Shown: positions 19,316 through 28,090, counted from the stretch's first letter. The stretch is DNA of 64,000 nucleotides from Pyrinomonadaceae bacterium (GCA_035652995.1 DASRCS010000026.1:580-64579), one strand, 5' to 3'. Translations and numbers: made by a program. Notes: generated from the letters alone by a model not told the origin.

Positions 19316-19405
19316 CAAGTGAGCGGTGAGCCGCAAGCGGTGAGCAGTAGTCAGCGACTGCGGGCGTCGGGCGTTCAACTCCTTGACTGCTTACCGCTCA
19401 CTGCC
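19316..19405. repeat. heptamer-arm hairpin element (unit GTGAGCG/GTGAGCA)
   Basis: caagtgagcggtgagccgcaagcggtgagcagtagtcag ... cttgactgcttaccgctcactgcc. Confidence 0.7.
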
Positions 19406-19515
19406 CAAGCCTTGACAGCCGTCGCGGGGCGTCTCTATTATCGCGACGCGGAAAGCGTTGGCATCATTCGACAAATCTCTCTCCCCGAAAAGTCGAAGGC
19501 GGAGGCCGAAACCAG

Positions 19516-19869
19516 GTGATTAAACTCGACATCGTGAACCGCGTCGCCGAGCGCACGGGCGTGCCGAAGATGAAGGCCGAGCAGGCCGTTGACGCACTCT
19601 TCCATTCGATGAAGGAGGCGCTGGCGCGCGGCGAGCGCATCGAGCTTCGCGGCTTCGGCGTCTTCGTCGTCAAGCCCCGCAAGCGCGGCGTCGGGCGCAA
19701 CCCGCGCACCGGCGAGGAGGTCGCCATCCCCTCCGGCAAGACCATCCGCTTCAAGCCCGGCAAGGAGCTTCAGGCGCACGGCTTCCACGTCGAAGGCGAC
19801 CACGAGGACGACCACGACGGGCACGAACGGGACGCGCCGGGCGCGCCTGCTCACGAAACGAATTTCTAA
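19516..19869 (+). CDS. HU/IHF family DNA-binding protein with His/Asp-rich C-terminal tail
   Basis: GTG start. RIELRGFGVF...RNPRTGEEV...I.FKPGKEL canonical IHF/HU core, then HGFHVEGDHEDDHDGHERD tail. Confidence 0.9.
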   Translation: MIKLDIVNRVAERTGVPKMKAEQAVDALFHSMKEALARGERIELRGFGVFVVKPRKRGVGRNPRTGEEVAIPSGKTIRFKPGKELQAHGFHVEGDHEDDHDGHERDAPGAPAHETNF

Positions 19870-19874
19870 CAATG

Positions 19875-19964
19875 CAGAGGTCAGAGGCCGGGGGTCGGAG
19901 GTCAGTGAAAAGCCGCCTGCTTTCTACTGACCTCCGACCCCCGGCCTCTGACCTCTTTTTTTTA
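19875..19964 (+). repeat. heptamer-arm hairpin element (unit GAGGTCA/GAGGTCG) followed by a T8 run; acts as a terminator-like structure
   Basis: cagaggtcagaggccgggggtcggaggtcagt ... actgacctccgacccccggcctctgacctct tttttttt. Confidence 0.85.
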
Positions 19965-20998
19965 TGGCCGAATCAATCCAGGGCGTCCCGACTTTCGCGC
20001 CGCGCGCGGCCACGCTTGCGCGCCGGGCGGCGCGACCGACCGCGCGCGAGTGGACGCTCCACGCGGCACTCTTCGCGCTCACCTTCCTGACGGTCGCGTG
20101 GGCGGGCATGAGCATCATGATGCCGTTCGGCGACGTGGAGCCGAGCGTCGCCGCGCCCGCCGCGCCGCTCGACTACCTGCTCTACGTGCCGCGGTATTAC
20201 GTGCTCGCGCTCGCGGCCATCGGCGCATACGCGCACGCGCACCCGCAGTACATCTTCGACGGGCTGAAGTTCGCCGCGGCGCTGCTCTCGATTCTGCTCG
20301 CGCACGAGTCTGGGCACTACGTCGCGTGCAGGCTCTACGGCGTTGACGCGACGCTGCCGTTTTTCATCCCCGTGCCGCCGCCGTTCCTCGCGGGCACGCT
20401 CGGCGCGTTCATCAAGATCAAGTCGCCGATCCCTTCGCGCCGCGCGCTCTTCGACATCGGCGTCGCCGGGCCGCTCGCGGGATTTCTGGTGTTGATACCA
20501 ATCGCCGCCGTCGGACTCCTGACCGCCGTGCCGTCGCCGCCCGTCCCGTCCGACGCGGGCGCGATCATCTTCAACGACCCGCTGCTGCCGCGCCTGCTCG
20601 CGAAACTTCTCGGCGCGCGCGACCCCGCCGGAATCACGATCAACCCCTTCTACTTCGCCGCGTGGATCGGGCTGCTGGTGACGAGTCTGAACCTGATGCC
20701 GGTCGGGCAGCTCGACGGCGGGCACGCGACGTACGCGGTCTTCGGCAGGCGGTTTCACCGCCACGCGGGCCGCGTCGCGTTCGCCGCGGTGGTCGTGCTC
20801 GCGCCGCTCGGCCTCCTCTGGCACGGCGCTCCGAGCGGGTTCCTCTACGCCGTCCTCCTCTTCATCATGCTCCGCGTCCGACACCCCGAAGCCCTCGACG
20901 AGAACGACACGCTGGGCACGGCGCGCACGCTCGCCGCCGTCGTGACGCTCGCGGTCTTCGTGCTCTCGTTCACTCCCTTCCCGATTGCCGTGAGGTGA
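19964..20998 (+). CDS. site-2 protease family (M50) membrane metalloprotease
   Basis: HESGHYVACRLYG HExxH motif and multiple TM helices, 344 aa. Confidence 0.85.
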   Translation: MAESIQGVPTFAPRAATLARRAARPTAREWTLHAALFALTFLTVAWAGMSIMMPFGDVEPSVAAPAAPLDYLLYVPRYYVLALAAIGAYAHAHPQYIFDGLKFAAALLSILLAHESGHYVACRLYGVDATLPFFIPVPPPFLAGTLGAFIKIKSPIPSRRALFDIGVAGPLAGFLVLIPIAAVGLLTAVPSPPVPSDAGAIIFNDPLLPRLLAKLLGARDPAGITINPFYFAAWIGLLVTSLNLMPVGQLDGGHATYAVFGRRFHRHAGRVAFAAVVVLAPLGLLWHGAPSGFLYAVLLFIMLRVRHPEALDENDTLGTARTLAAVVTLAVFVLSFTPFPIAVR

Positions 20999-21051
20999 AG
21001 ACGGCCCGCGCGCCGCCGACGCGAGGCGAAAAGGTTTGACGACTAAACGGC

Positions 21052-21099
21052 GAGAGGGCGCGCCTCGCATCTTTCGAGGCGCGCCCTCTCCGATTATTG
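21052..21099. terminator. bidirectional stem-loop between convergent genes
   Basis: GAGAGGGCGCGCCTCG catcttt CGAGGCGCGCCCTCTC, a perfect 16-bp stem. Confidence 0.6.
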
Positions 21100-21116
21100 A
21101 CTGACGGCTGTGTCGG

Positions 21117-21497
21117 CTACGGCCTGTTGGAGTTGCCGGGCCTGCCCGTGCCGGTGTTGGTGCCCATGCCGCGGTTCGAGTTGGTGCCGGTGCCGCGGTT
21201 CATGTTCCCGCCGGTCGTGCCCATGTTGCCGTTCATATTGGTGCCGGTCGTCGTGCCGGTATTCATGTTCGTGCCGGTGCCGGTCGTGCCCATGTTGCTG
21301 TTCATGTTCGTGCCGGTCGTCGTCGTGCCGGCGTTCATGTTCGTCCCCGTCGTGGTCGTCGAACTGTTCAGGTTCGAGCCGGTCGTCGAGGTGTTCACGT
21401 TGGCGTTGCCGGCGTTCGCGTTATCTCCGCCCCCGTTGCACGCGCCGACGAGGCCGGCGGCGGCGAGGAGAGACAAGAGAGCCAAAGTTCTTCGCAT
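21117..21497 (-). CDS. lipoprotein with Gly/Thr/Asn-rich (GTNMN) low-complexity repeats
   Basis: ATG at 21497 after AGGAGG. Signal plus lipobox MRRTLALLSLLAAAGLVGAC. The mature part is almost only G, T, N, M and S. Confidence 0.75.
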   Translation of the reverse strand: MRRTLALLSLLAAAGLVGACNGGGDNANAGNANVNTSTTGSNLNSSTTTTGTNMNAGTTTTGTNMNSNMGTTGTGTNMNTGTTTGTNMNGNMGTTGGNMNRGTGTNSNRGMGTNTGTGRPGNSNRP

Positions 21498-21743
21498 TGA
21501 AATTCCTCCTGTGATTTCGGTAATGCGCGGCGATGTTACTTCACACGCAGGCCGATGTCTGTCCCTTCGCGGACAGACAAAGAGGCCGCGCGCGAATATG
21601 CTGTCGGCGTGTTGGCGCATCAACTGGTTCACACCGCCGGATAGCTTGTTTCTCCTGTGACCGGCGTTCGGCAGGAAGCCAGAAGTGCGGAGGGCGCGGA
21701 GTTCGCGACGGGACTCCGCTCCCGACTTTAGAGGTACAAAAGC

Positions 21744-21788
21744 AAACGACAGCCGCCGTCAATTCAAAGACGGCGGCTGTCGTTTTTT
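21744..21788. terminator. strong stem-loop with T6 run in a long non-coding gap
   Basis: AAACGACAGCCGCCGTC aattcaaa GACGGCGGCTGTCGTTTTTT. The U-run is on the + strand, and a weaker TTTGCTTTTG tract is on the - strand. Confidence 0.6.
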
Positions 21789-22109
21789 GCGCGCGGGTTG
21801 TTATCGCCAGTCCGCGTCTTGCGTCTCCCGCGGAAGTAAGCCGTCACTCTTCCTCACACAGTCGCAACCGAAGGCGAGTCTGCTTTAGTGCTTAACCGTT
21901 TATGTACTTAATAGTGCAGAAGTGAGTCCGCCGAGTTATGTAACATAACTCGGCGGGCGGCAGGTCAGGGCAACTAACCCGCCCCTTGTGGGCCAGGGTT
22001 GAAACCGGCCTAGCCGCCCGTCCTGTAACGTAGGACGCTCATCGCCATCCGCCGGTTACGGGTGTTGGTGCTGCGCCCCGTGGCGTTCGGTAATAACGTT
22101 TACGAGGCG

Positions 22110-23123
22110 TCAAGCCGTCGCAGCCGAAGGCAGAAGACCCTTTATCTCCCTGACGATTCTCTGCGCGTCCTCCTGGTCGCGGAGGGCTATCATAAAAAAC
22201 TTGTAACCCTGCTGGATGCAGATGACGCCGTTGGCGAACAGCCACACGCCGTCGAGGACGGGGTTGCCGCCGAGGAGCCAACTGACGGGCGCGCCCACAA
22301 TCGAGCCGGGTCGAAATATCTGCGCCCACATCGCGACCCCCGCCGCGCAACTGAACGCGCCGAGCAGCGGAGCGCCGACGTAGCGAACCATCCGACGCTC
22401 GAACTCGACGCGCTTGCGCTCGGCCTCTTCGAGTTCGCCCTCGGCGACGAGGCGCTCGCGCTCGCGCAGGTACGAGTCGAACTTCTTCGCGATGCGGCGC
22501 ACGGCCCACACGGGAAGCGCCGAGTGCGTGAACCAGTGCGGGTGCGCGCCGAGGAAGACGGCGTCGAGTCCGGGGAACGAAGCGCCCGCGCGCACGCCCG
22601 CCGCGAGCGAGAGCGTGACGACGATGGCCTGCTTCGGGTTCTGACGCGCCCAGTCGTATGCGCGAAAGAGTCCGACCGACGAGGCCGTCGTCAGGCGCGT
22701 CGCGCGCACGCCGATGTTCGCGGCGCGCGCGGCGTTCCGGTAATGCTTCTTCGCGCCGCCGAGAACGTCGCCCGCCGCACGCTCGGCCTTCTGCCCCGCG
22801 TCGCGCACGCGCCCCCCCACCTCGCGCGCCACTCGCGCGGCCTCTTCCGCCGCGCGCGACGCCTGATCGCGCGCGCCCTGCGTGCGTTCGCGAACGTCCT
22901 GCGCGCGGTCGCCGATCTCCAAGTCTTCGCCGAGCCGCTCGGCCTCGGCGCGCGCCCTCTCCGCGCCCGTCTTGACCGCGTCCGCGCCGCGCTTCGCCGC
23001 CTCGCCCGCGGCTCGCGCGCCCTCTTCGACGCGCTCGCGTATCTGGTACTTGTCGTCCAGCTCGCGCGCCTTGCGCCGCGCCGCCTCGCGCCACTCTTCA
23101 AGCTTGTCCCGGTAGTCAGCCAT
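22110..23123 (-). CDS. hypothetical membrane protein (charged coiled N-terminal half, hydrophobic C-terminal half)
   Basis: ATG after AAGGAA. 337 aa. TM-like segments such as AIVVTLSLAAGV and YVGAPLLGAFSCAAGVAMWAQIF. Confidence 0.6.
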   Translation of the reverse strand: MADYRDKLEEWREAARRKARELDDKYQIRERVEEGARAAGEAAKRGADAVKTGAERARAEAERLGEDLEIGDRAQDVRERTQGARDQASRAAEEAARVAREVGGRVRDAGQKAERAAGDVLGGAKKHYRNAARAANIGVRATRLTTASSVGLFRAYDWARQNPKQAIVVTLSLAAGVRAGASFPGLDAVFLGAHPHWFTHSALPVWAVRRIAKKFDSYLRERERLVAEGELEEAERKRVEFERRMVRYVGAPLLGAFSCAAGVAMWAQIFRPGSIVGAPVSWLLGGNPVLDGVWLFANGVICIQQGYKFFMIALRDQEDAQRIVREIKGLLPSAATA

Positions 23124-23143
23124 AAGTAAGTTCCTTCAGAATT

Positions 23144-23250
23144 TAGAGGTCGGAGGTCAGTTGAAGCCGACTCAGCAGTTATCCGAGATGAATGTGGGCC
23201 GAACGGCTCACGCGACTACTGACCTCTGACCTCCGACCTCTAACCTCTGC
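23144..23250. repeat. heptamer-arm hairpin element (GAGGTCG/GAGGTCA), same sub-family as 19875..19964
   Basis: tagaggtcggaggtcagt ... actgacctctgacctccgacctctaacctctgc. The right arm overlaps the last codons and stop of the GGDEF gene. Confidence 0.75.
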
Positions 23251-24175
23251 TTTGGGATACGCTGCCCGTCGCCGTCAGGTTCGACGCGGCGGGAGCGAAG
23301 GCCACGCGGTCGCGACCGCCGCGCTTGGCCTCGTAGAGCGCGGCATCCGCCGCGGCGCGCAGCCCTTCGCCTTCGCGCGCGCACGAGGGCAGTTCGGCGA
23401 CGCCGATGCTCGCCGTGATGCGACCGACGCCTTGCGCGCCGAGCGCGGCGATCTCCCCGCGCAGGCGCTCGGCCACTTCGAGTCCGCGCGCGAGTCCCGT
23501 CTCCGGCAGGATGACGGCGAACTCGTCGCCGCCGATGCGCGCGCCCGTGTCTATGCCGCGCGTGCCGGACTGGATGACGTTCGCGACGCGCCGTAGCGCC
23601 TCGTCGCCCGCGTCGTGGCCGTTGGCGTCGTTCACCTCCTTGAAGTTGTCCACGTCAATCAAGAGCAGGCAGAACGGGCGACCGTAGCGGGCCGTGCGCG
23701 CGACCTCGCGCTCCAACTGCCGCTCGAAGCGGCGCAGGTTGGCGAGTCCGGTCAGGTGGTCTGTGAACGCGGCCTCCTGGCACGAGTCGAGGTACTGCTT
23801 GAATTCGAGCAGCGTGCGCGCCCGCGCCCTCAGCAGGTCGAGGTCGGTCGGGTCTGTGATGTAGCCGAGCGCGCCCAACTCCGAGCCGAAGCGCACGTCG
23901 CGCGACTCGTTGCGCGCGGCGGACTGGATGATGACGGGGATGAACTTCGTCTGCGGGTTCGAGCGCACGCGGCGCACCATCTCGTAGCCGTCCATGCGCG
24001 GCATCATCACGTCGGTGACGATCAGGTCGGGCTGGCACGCCTCGACCGCGGCGAGGCCCTCGACGCCGTCGTCCGCCGTGTGGACTTCGTAGCCCTCGCT
24101 CCGCAAGGCGAAGGCGAGCAGGAGCCGCTTGTCAGGCTCGTCGTCAACGACGAGGATGCTCAAGTTGCTTGTCAT
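23240..24175 (-). CDS. response regulator with GGDEF diguanylate cyclase output (PleD/WspR-like)
   Basis: ILVVDDEPD, DLIVTDVMMPRMDG receiver motifs. GGDEFAVILP active site. RxxD-like ALRRVAN upstream. Confidence 0.9.
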   Translation of the reverse strand: MTSNLSILVVDDEPDKRLLLAFALRSEGYEVHTADDGVEGLAAVEACQPDLIVTDVMMPRMDGYEMVRRVRSNPQTKFIPVIIQSAARNESRDVRFGSELGALGYITDPTDLDLLRARARTLLEFKQYLDSCQEAAFTDHLTGLANLRRFERQLEREVARTARYGRPFCLLLIDVDNFKEVNDANGHDAGDEALRRVANVIQSGTRGIDTGARIGGDEFAVILPETGLARGLEVAERLRGEIAALGAQGVGRITASIGVAELPSCAREGEGLRAAADAALYEAKRGGRDRVAFAPAASNLTATGSVSQSRG

Positions 24176-24453
24176 AAATTTTGCAGCAAACAGGTCTTGC
24201 GCGCGCGCGCCCTTCGTGCTATCGTGCCGCCTACTTCAAAGGGACGGTTTCTCGCTCGTTGCGTTTAACTTTTCCTCATCGAACAACGGTTAGGTTAAAA
24301 ACAGCCTCGTGACTTTGAAGGATTCCGCGCAGCTTTAACTCCCTTCTCCGGTCAAGATAGCTTTAAGCCCCGTTCTTCCGGTCTCGCGCGCCGCGGATTC
24401 CCGAACGCATGCTCTTGAAAAGTTCCCCGACTCCGAAACGAGGTTCCCCCGTC

Positions 24454-25161
24454 ATGCAACAACCGCCGACGCGCGGCGACTACGCCGCCGACCGCGAAGA
24501 GATTATACGCCAGTCCGAGATAGGCGACGGACTCGACGACGCGACGCTCGCGCTCCTCGCCGAAGCCTCGGACGCGGTCGAGTTCCGCCGCCGCCGCTTC
24601 ATCTACCGCAAGGGCGACACAGCCGACGCGCTCTACGTCATCGCCGTCGGTCGAGTCAAAATCTGCTCGACCGACGACACGGGCCGCGAGGCCGTCATAG
24701 ACATCGTCGGCGCGGGCGCGCTCTTCGGCGAGTCGTCGCTCTACTCGGCGGGGGTGCGCGAGAAGAACGCCGTGGCCTACGAGAACGCACGCCTGCTGCG
24801 AATTCCCGCGGGGGTTTACAGGGAGGGGATGGCGGCGAGCCGCGAGCTTTATGATTACACCTTCCGCATGGTCGGTCAACGCCTTTCTCGCGCCGAGCGC
24901 CGCGTCGTTGACCTCGCGCTCGACGCCATCCCCGCGCGGCTCGACAAACTGCTCGCCGACCTCTCGGAGCGCTACGGGCGGCCCGACCCCGAAGGCGTGC
25001 TGATTGACTTGGCGCTCCCGCACCGCGAGATCGCCTCCATCGTCGGCTCGACGCGCGAGAGCGTGACCGTCCGCTTGAATGAGATGCGCCGCGCCGGTAT
25101 CATTGACTTCGTTGACCGAAAAATTTTAATCAAGACTCCCGCCGCCTCGGCTGCGGCATGA
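24454..25161 (+). CDS. Crp/Fnr family transcriptional regulator
   Basis: cNMP-binding beta-roll (FIYRKGDTADALYVIAVGRVKI...GAGALFGESS) and C-terminal HTH (REIASIVGSTRESVTVRLNEMRRAGII). Confidence 0.85.
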   Translation: MQQPPTRGDYAADREEIIRQSEIGDGLDDATLALLAEASDAVEFRRRRFIYRKGDTADALYVIAVGRVKICSTDDTGREAVIDIVGAGALFGESSLYSAGVREKNAVAYENARLLRIPAGVYREGMAASRELYDYTFRMVGQRLSRAERRVVDLALDAIPARLDKLLADLSERYGRPDPEGVLIDLALPHREIASIVGSTRESVTVRLNEMRRAGIIDFVDRKILIKTPAASAAA

Positions 25162-25162
25162 G

Positions 25163-25246
25163 AAGCTATCAGCACTCAGTCGTCAGCTTTTCAGCCGAAG
25201 CGGAGGGGGTTGATTTGTTTTAGCTGAAAGCTGATTGCCGATGGCT
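25163..25246. repeat. imperfect hairpin element with CAGC-rich arms
   Basis: aagctatcagcactcagtcgtcagcttttcagc ... gctgaaagctgattgccgatggctt. The right arm overlaps the yacG start. Confidence 0.5.
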
Positions 25247-25468
25247 TTAAGGAAGTGCCCGTCCTGCCACAGACCCGTCAATTGGGAGAACAACCCTCAC
25301 CGCCCGTTCTGCTCCGAGCGCTGCAAGCTGATTGACTTCGGCGCGTGGGCCAACGAGGAGTACGGCGTGCCCGCCGAGGACTCCGCGCCGTCGCTCGAAG
25401 AGTTGGAGCGGGGCACGGCGACTCCCGAAGGCGACTCCGACCAAACAAACCCGGCGCCGAGACGCTGA
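25241..25468 (+). CDS. yacG: DNA gyrase inhibitor YacG (zinc-ribbon)
   Basis: CPSCHRPV...[15 protein letters not shown] four-Cys zinc-finger signature. An alternative TTG start is at 25235. Confidence 0.8.
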   Translation: MALRKCPSCHRPVNWENNPHRPFCSERCKLIDFGAWANEEYGVPAEDSAPSLEELERGTATPEGDSDQTNPAPRR

Positions 25469-25536
25469 GTCGTCGCGCGTGCCACGCCCGCGCGCCTTCG
25501 TGTAGAATGTCACGCGCACGGAGGAGTTGGCAGACC

Positions 25537-26184
25537 ATGCGAACGAGAGTTACAGGTAGTTTCCGCACGCGGCTCTTCGCGGCACTCGCGGTCTTCGCGC
25601 TCGCCGCGCTCGCCGCGTCGTGCGACCTCGACGGCGCGTCGAAGAAGCGGGCGATGGAGGCGAACGCGGCGAAGGACTCGACCGCCGCGACCAGACCGCC
25701 GCGCACGAACCTGCCGATGCCTCCGGTCGAGCCCGCACACGGCACTTCCGCGGTCGTGCCGCGCGGCGCCTGGACGCAGCTCGACGGTCGCCACTCTTCG
25801 CTCGAAGACTTGCGCGGACAGGTCGTCGTGCTCGACTTCTGGGCGACCTACTGCCCGCCGTGCCGCGAGGAGATTCCGCACCTCGTCAAACTCCAAAGGC
25901 GCTTCGGCCCGCAGGGCTTCAAGGTCGTCGGCCTCAACGTCGGCGGCGAAGACGACCAGCCGAAGATTCCCGACTTCGTCAAGCAGTACGGCATTCAATA
26001 CCAACTCGCCAACCCCGACGAAGACACCGTCAGCCTCTTCCTCGCCGACGACGACCGCATCCCGCACACCTTCGTCATCGACCGCCAGGGCCGCATCGTC
26101 CGCGACTTCGTCGGCTACGACGAGGACGCCGCCGCCGAACTCGAACAGACCATCGCGACCGTGGTCGCCTCGAAAGCGAACTGA
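25537..26184 (+). CDS. TlpA/ResA-like thiol:disulfide oxidoreductase lipoprotein
   Basis: Signal plus lipobox LAALAASC. Thioredoxin motif FWATYCPPCREE. Confidence 0.85.
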   Translation: MRTRVTGSFRTRLFAALAVFALAALAASCDLDGASKKRAMEANAAKDSTAATRPPRTNLPMPPVEPAHGTSAVVPRGAWTQLDGRHSSLEDLRGQVVVLDFWATYCPPCREEIPHLVKLQRRFGPQGFKVVGLNVGGEDDQPKIPDFVKQYGIQYQLANPDEDTVSLFLADDDRIPHTFVIDRQGRIVRDFVGYDEDAAAELEQTIATVVASKAN

Positions 26185-26186
26185 AA

Positions 26187-26297
26187 GGCAAGTAAGCAGT
26201 GAGCGGTGAGCAGTCAAATCGCTCGCTGCGACTGACTGCTCACCGCTCGCTGCTCACTGCTCACTGCTTACCGCTCACCGCTCACTGCTCACTTGCT
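26187..26297. repeat. heptamer-arm hairpin element (GTGAGCG/GTGAGCA), same sub-family as 19316..19405
   Basis: ggcaagtaagcagtgagcggtgagcagtcaaa ... gactgactgctcaccgctcgctgctcactgctcactgcttaccgctcaccgctcactgctcacttgc. Confidence 0.8.
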
Positions 26298-26377
26298 TCC
26301 GTCGTTGACTATTCGCTGGCGGAGTATTACAACGGCTTCAGTCGTCCAACGAAAAATCATCAGAGGGGTCGCCGAAG

Positions 26378-27817
26378 GTGAGGAGAGCCAAGATACTTGC
26401 CACGCTCGGGCCAGCCTCGCGCGAGTCGAGCGTCATCGAGTCGCTGCTCGCCGCGGGCGCGAACGCCGTCCGCATCAACATGTCGCACGGCACGCAGGAG
26501 GAGCACGCCGAGACGATCAAACGCGCGCGCGCCGCCGCCGAACGCCTGAAGCGACCGCTCTCCGTCCTCGTTGACCTCGCGGGGCCGAAGATCAGGACGG
26601 GGATGCTCAAAGGCGGCCAGCCCGTGCAGCTCGAAGCGGGCGCGGTCTTCACGCTCACGACGCGTTCGGTCGTCGGCGACGCGCGCGAGGTCTCGACGAA
26701 CTACGCCGGGCTGGCGCACGACGTGAAGCCCGGCGCGCGCATACTCCTCGACGACGGCGCAATCGAACTCGCCGCCGAGAGCACGACCGAGACGGACGTT
26801 GTGACGCGCGTCGTCAACGGCGGCACGCTCTCCGAGCGCAAGGGCATCAACCTTCCGGGCGTCTCGCTGCCCATCCCCTCGCTCACCGACAAGGACAGGC
26901 GCGACTTGAACTGGGCCGTGCGCGAGCGCGCCGACTACATCGCGCTCTCGTTCGTCCGCCGCGCCGAGGACTGCGCCGAGGCCAAGTCGCTCATCCGCGC
27001 GACGGGCGGGCGGCAGCCGCTCGTCGCCAAGATCGAGATGGCCGAGGCGATTGACAACCTCGAACAGATCGTCGCGACCGCCGACGGCGTGATGGTCGCG
27101 CGCGGCGACCTCGGCGTCGAGACGAGCGTCGAACTCGTCCCCGTCTATCAGAAGCGGATCATCGGCGAGGCGAACCGGAAGGAGCGCGTCGTCATCACGG
27201 CGACGCAGATGCTCCAGTCAATGATCTCGGAGCCGCGACCGACGAGGGCCGAGGCGTCCGACGTGGCGAACGCCGTGTGGGACGGCACCGACGCCGTGAT
27301 GCTCTCGGCGGAGACAGCCGCCGGCAAGTACCCTGTCTCCGCGGTCGCGACGATGGCACGCATCATCGAGGCCGCCGAGACTGGGAAGCCCACAGCCCTG
27401 CGGGACAGGAGGCGTTTCGAGGGAAGGCAGTCGGGGCGCGTGAGCCGCGCGCTCTGCGAGGCCGCTTCGTTCGCCGCCGAGGAGATTGACGCGCGCACCG
27501 TCGCCGTCATCACCGAGTCGGGGCTGATGGCGCGGCGTCTCTCGAACCTCCGGCCCGCGCAGCGCATCGTCGCGCTGACGACCGAGCGCGCCGTGTGCGA
27601 CAACCTCTCGCTCGTCTGGGGAGTCGAGACGCTCGTCCTCCCGCCGTGCGACAGCACCGAAGAGATGCTGAAGACTTGCGAGCGGATGCTGCTCGAATCC
27701 GGCATCGCGCAGCACGGCGAGACCATCGTGCTGATGGCGGGCCGACTTTCCGGCCTCGGCCTCTCAAGCTCCGTCACGCTCTACACCATCGGCGGCCCTC
27801 TGCCCCGCCAACTCTGA
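26378..27817 (+). CDS. pyk: pyruvate kinase
   Basis: GTG start. KILATLGPAS, RINMSHG, MVARGDLGVE, 479 aa. Confidence 0.95.
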   Translation: MRRAKILATLGPASRESSVIESLLAAGANAVRINMSHGTQEEHAETIKRARAAAERLKRPLSVLVDLAGPKIRTGMLKGGQPVQLEAGAVFTLTTRSVVGDAREVSTNYAGLAHDVKPGARILLDDGAIELAAESTTETDVVTRVVNGGTLSERKGINLPGVSLPIPSLTDKDRRDLNWAVRERADYIALSFVRRAEDCAEAKSLIRATGGRQPLVAKIEMAEAIDNLEQIVATADGVMVARGDLGVETSVELVPVYQKRIIGEANRKERVVITATQMLQSMISEPRPTRAEASDVANAVWDGTDAVMLSAETAAGKYPVSAVATMARIIEAAETGKPTALRDRRRFEGRQSGRVSRALCEAASFAAEEIDARTVAVITESGLMARRLSNLRPAQRIVALTTERAVCDNLSLVWGVETLVLPPCDSTEEMLKTCERMLLESGIAQHGETIVLMAGRLSGLGLSSSVTLYTIGGPLPRQL

Positions 27818-28090
27818 GACGGATTCTGGAACAGAGTCGCGCTTAGAGGCTGCGACTGCTTGTCCGAAGCCGTACTGTCAGCGTGAGAGCCGAAGCCGTC
27901 ACGTTGATTGACCCACGCCGTTCAGGTTGACAGGTCGGGCCGCCGTTCACTCCGCTTTCCTCAAATTTCCCTTCAAAAGCGCGCATTCGACTCGCGGCAC
28001 GTCGCTCGCCTCTACGGACGCCGCCGGGCGTGCGCCGGGCAAGACTTTTAGTCTTTGACGACAACAGATTCGACAAGCAGGTATCTTGAG

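Noticed and set aside
21097-21660. + strand ORFs rich in Val/Pro/Phe or Cys/Arg (for example MSATACWSCRACPCRCWCPC...), resembling a Cys-rich peptide.
   Set aside because: They are mirror-frame translations of the low-complexity lipoprotein gene. The - strand has a consensus RBS, signal peptide and lipobox.
21790-22109. Possible SRP RNA, RNase P RNA, tmRNA, 6S RNA or riboswitch in the structured gap. The string CAGGTCAGG resembles part of SRP domain IV.
   Set aside because: The remaining conserved SRP elements (GGAA tetraloop, AGCAGCC) are not present. The RNase P GAGGAAAGTCC motif and the tmRNA tRNA-like ends are also absent. It is kept only as an unclassified structured region.
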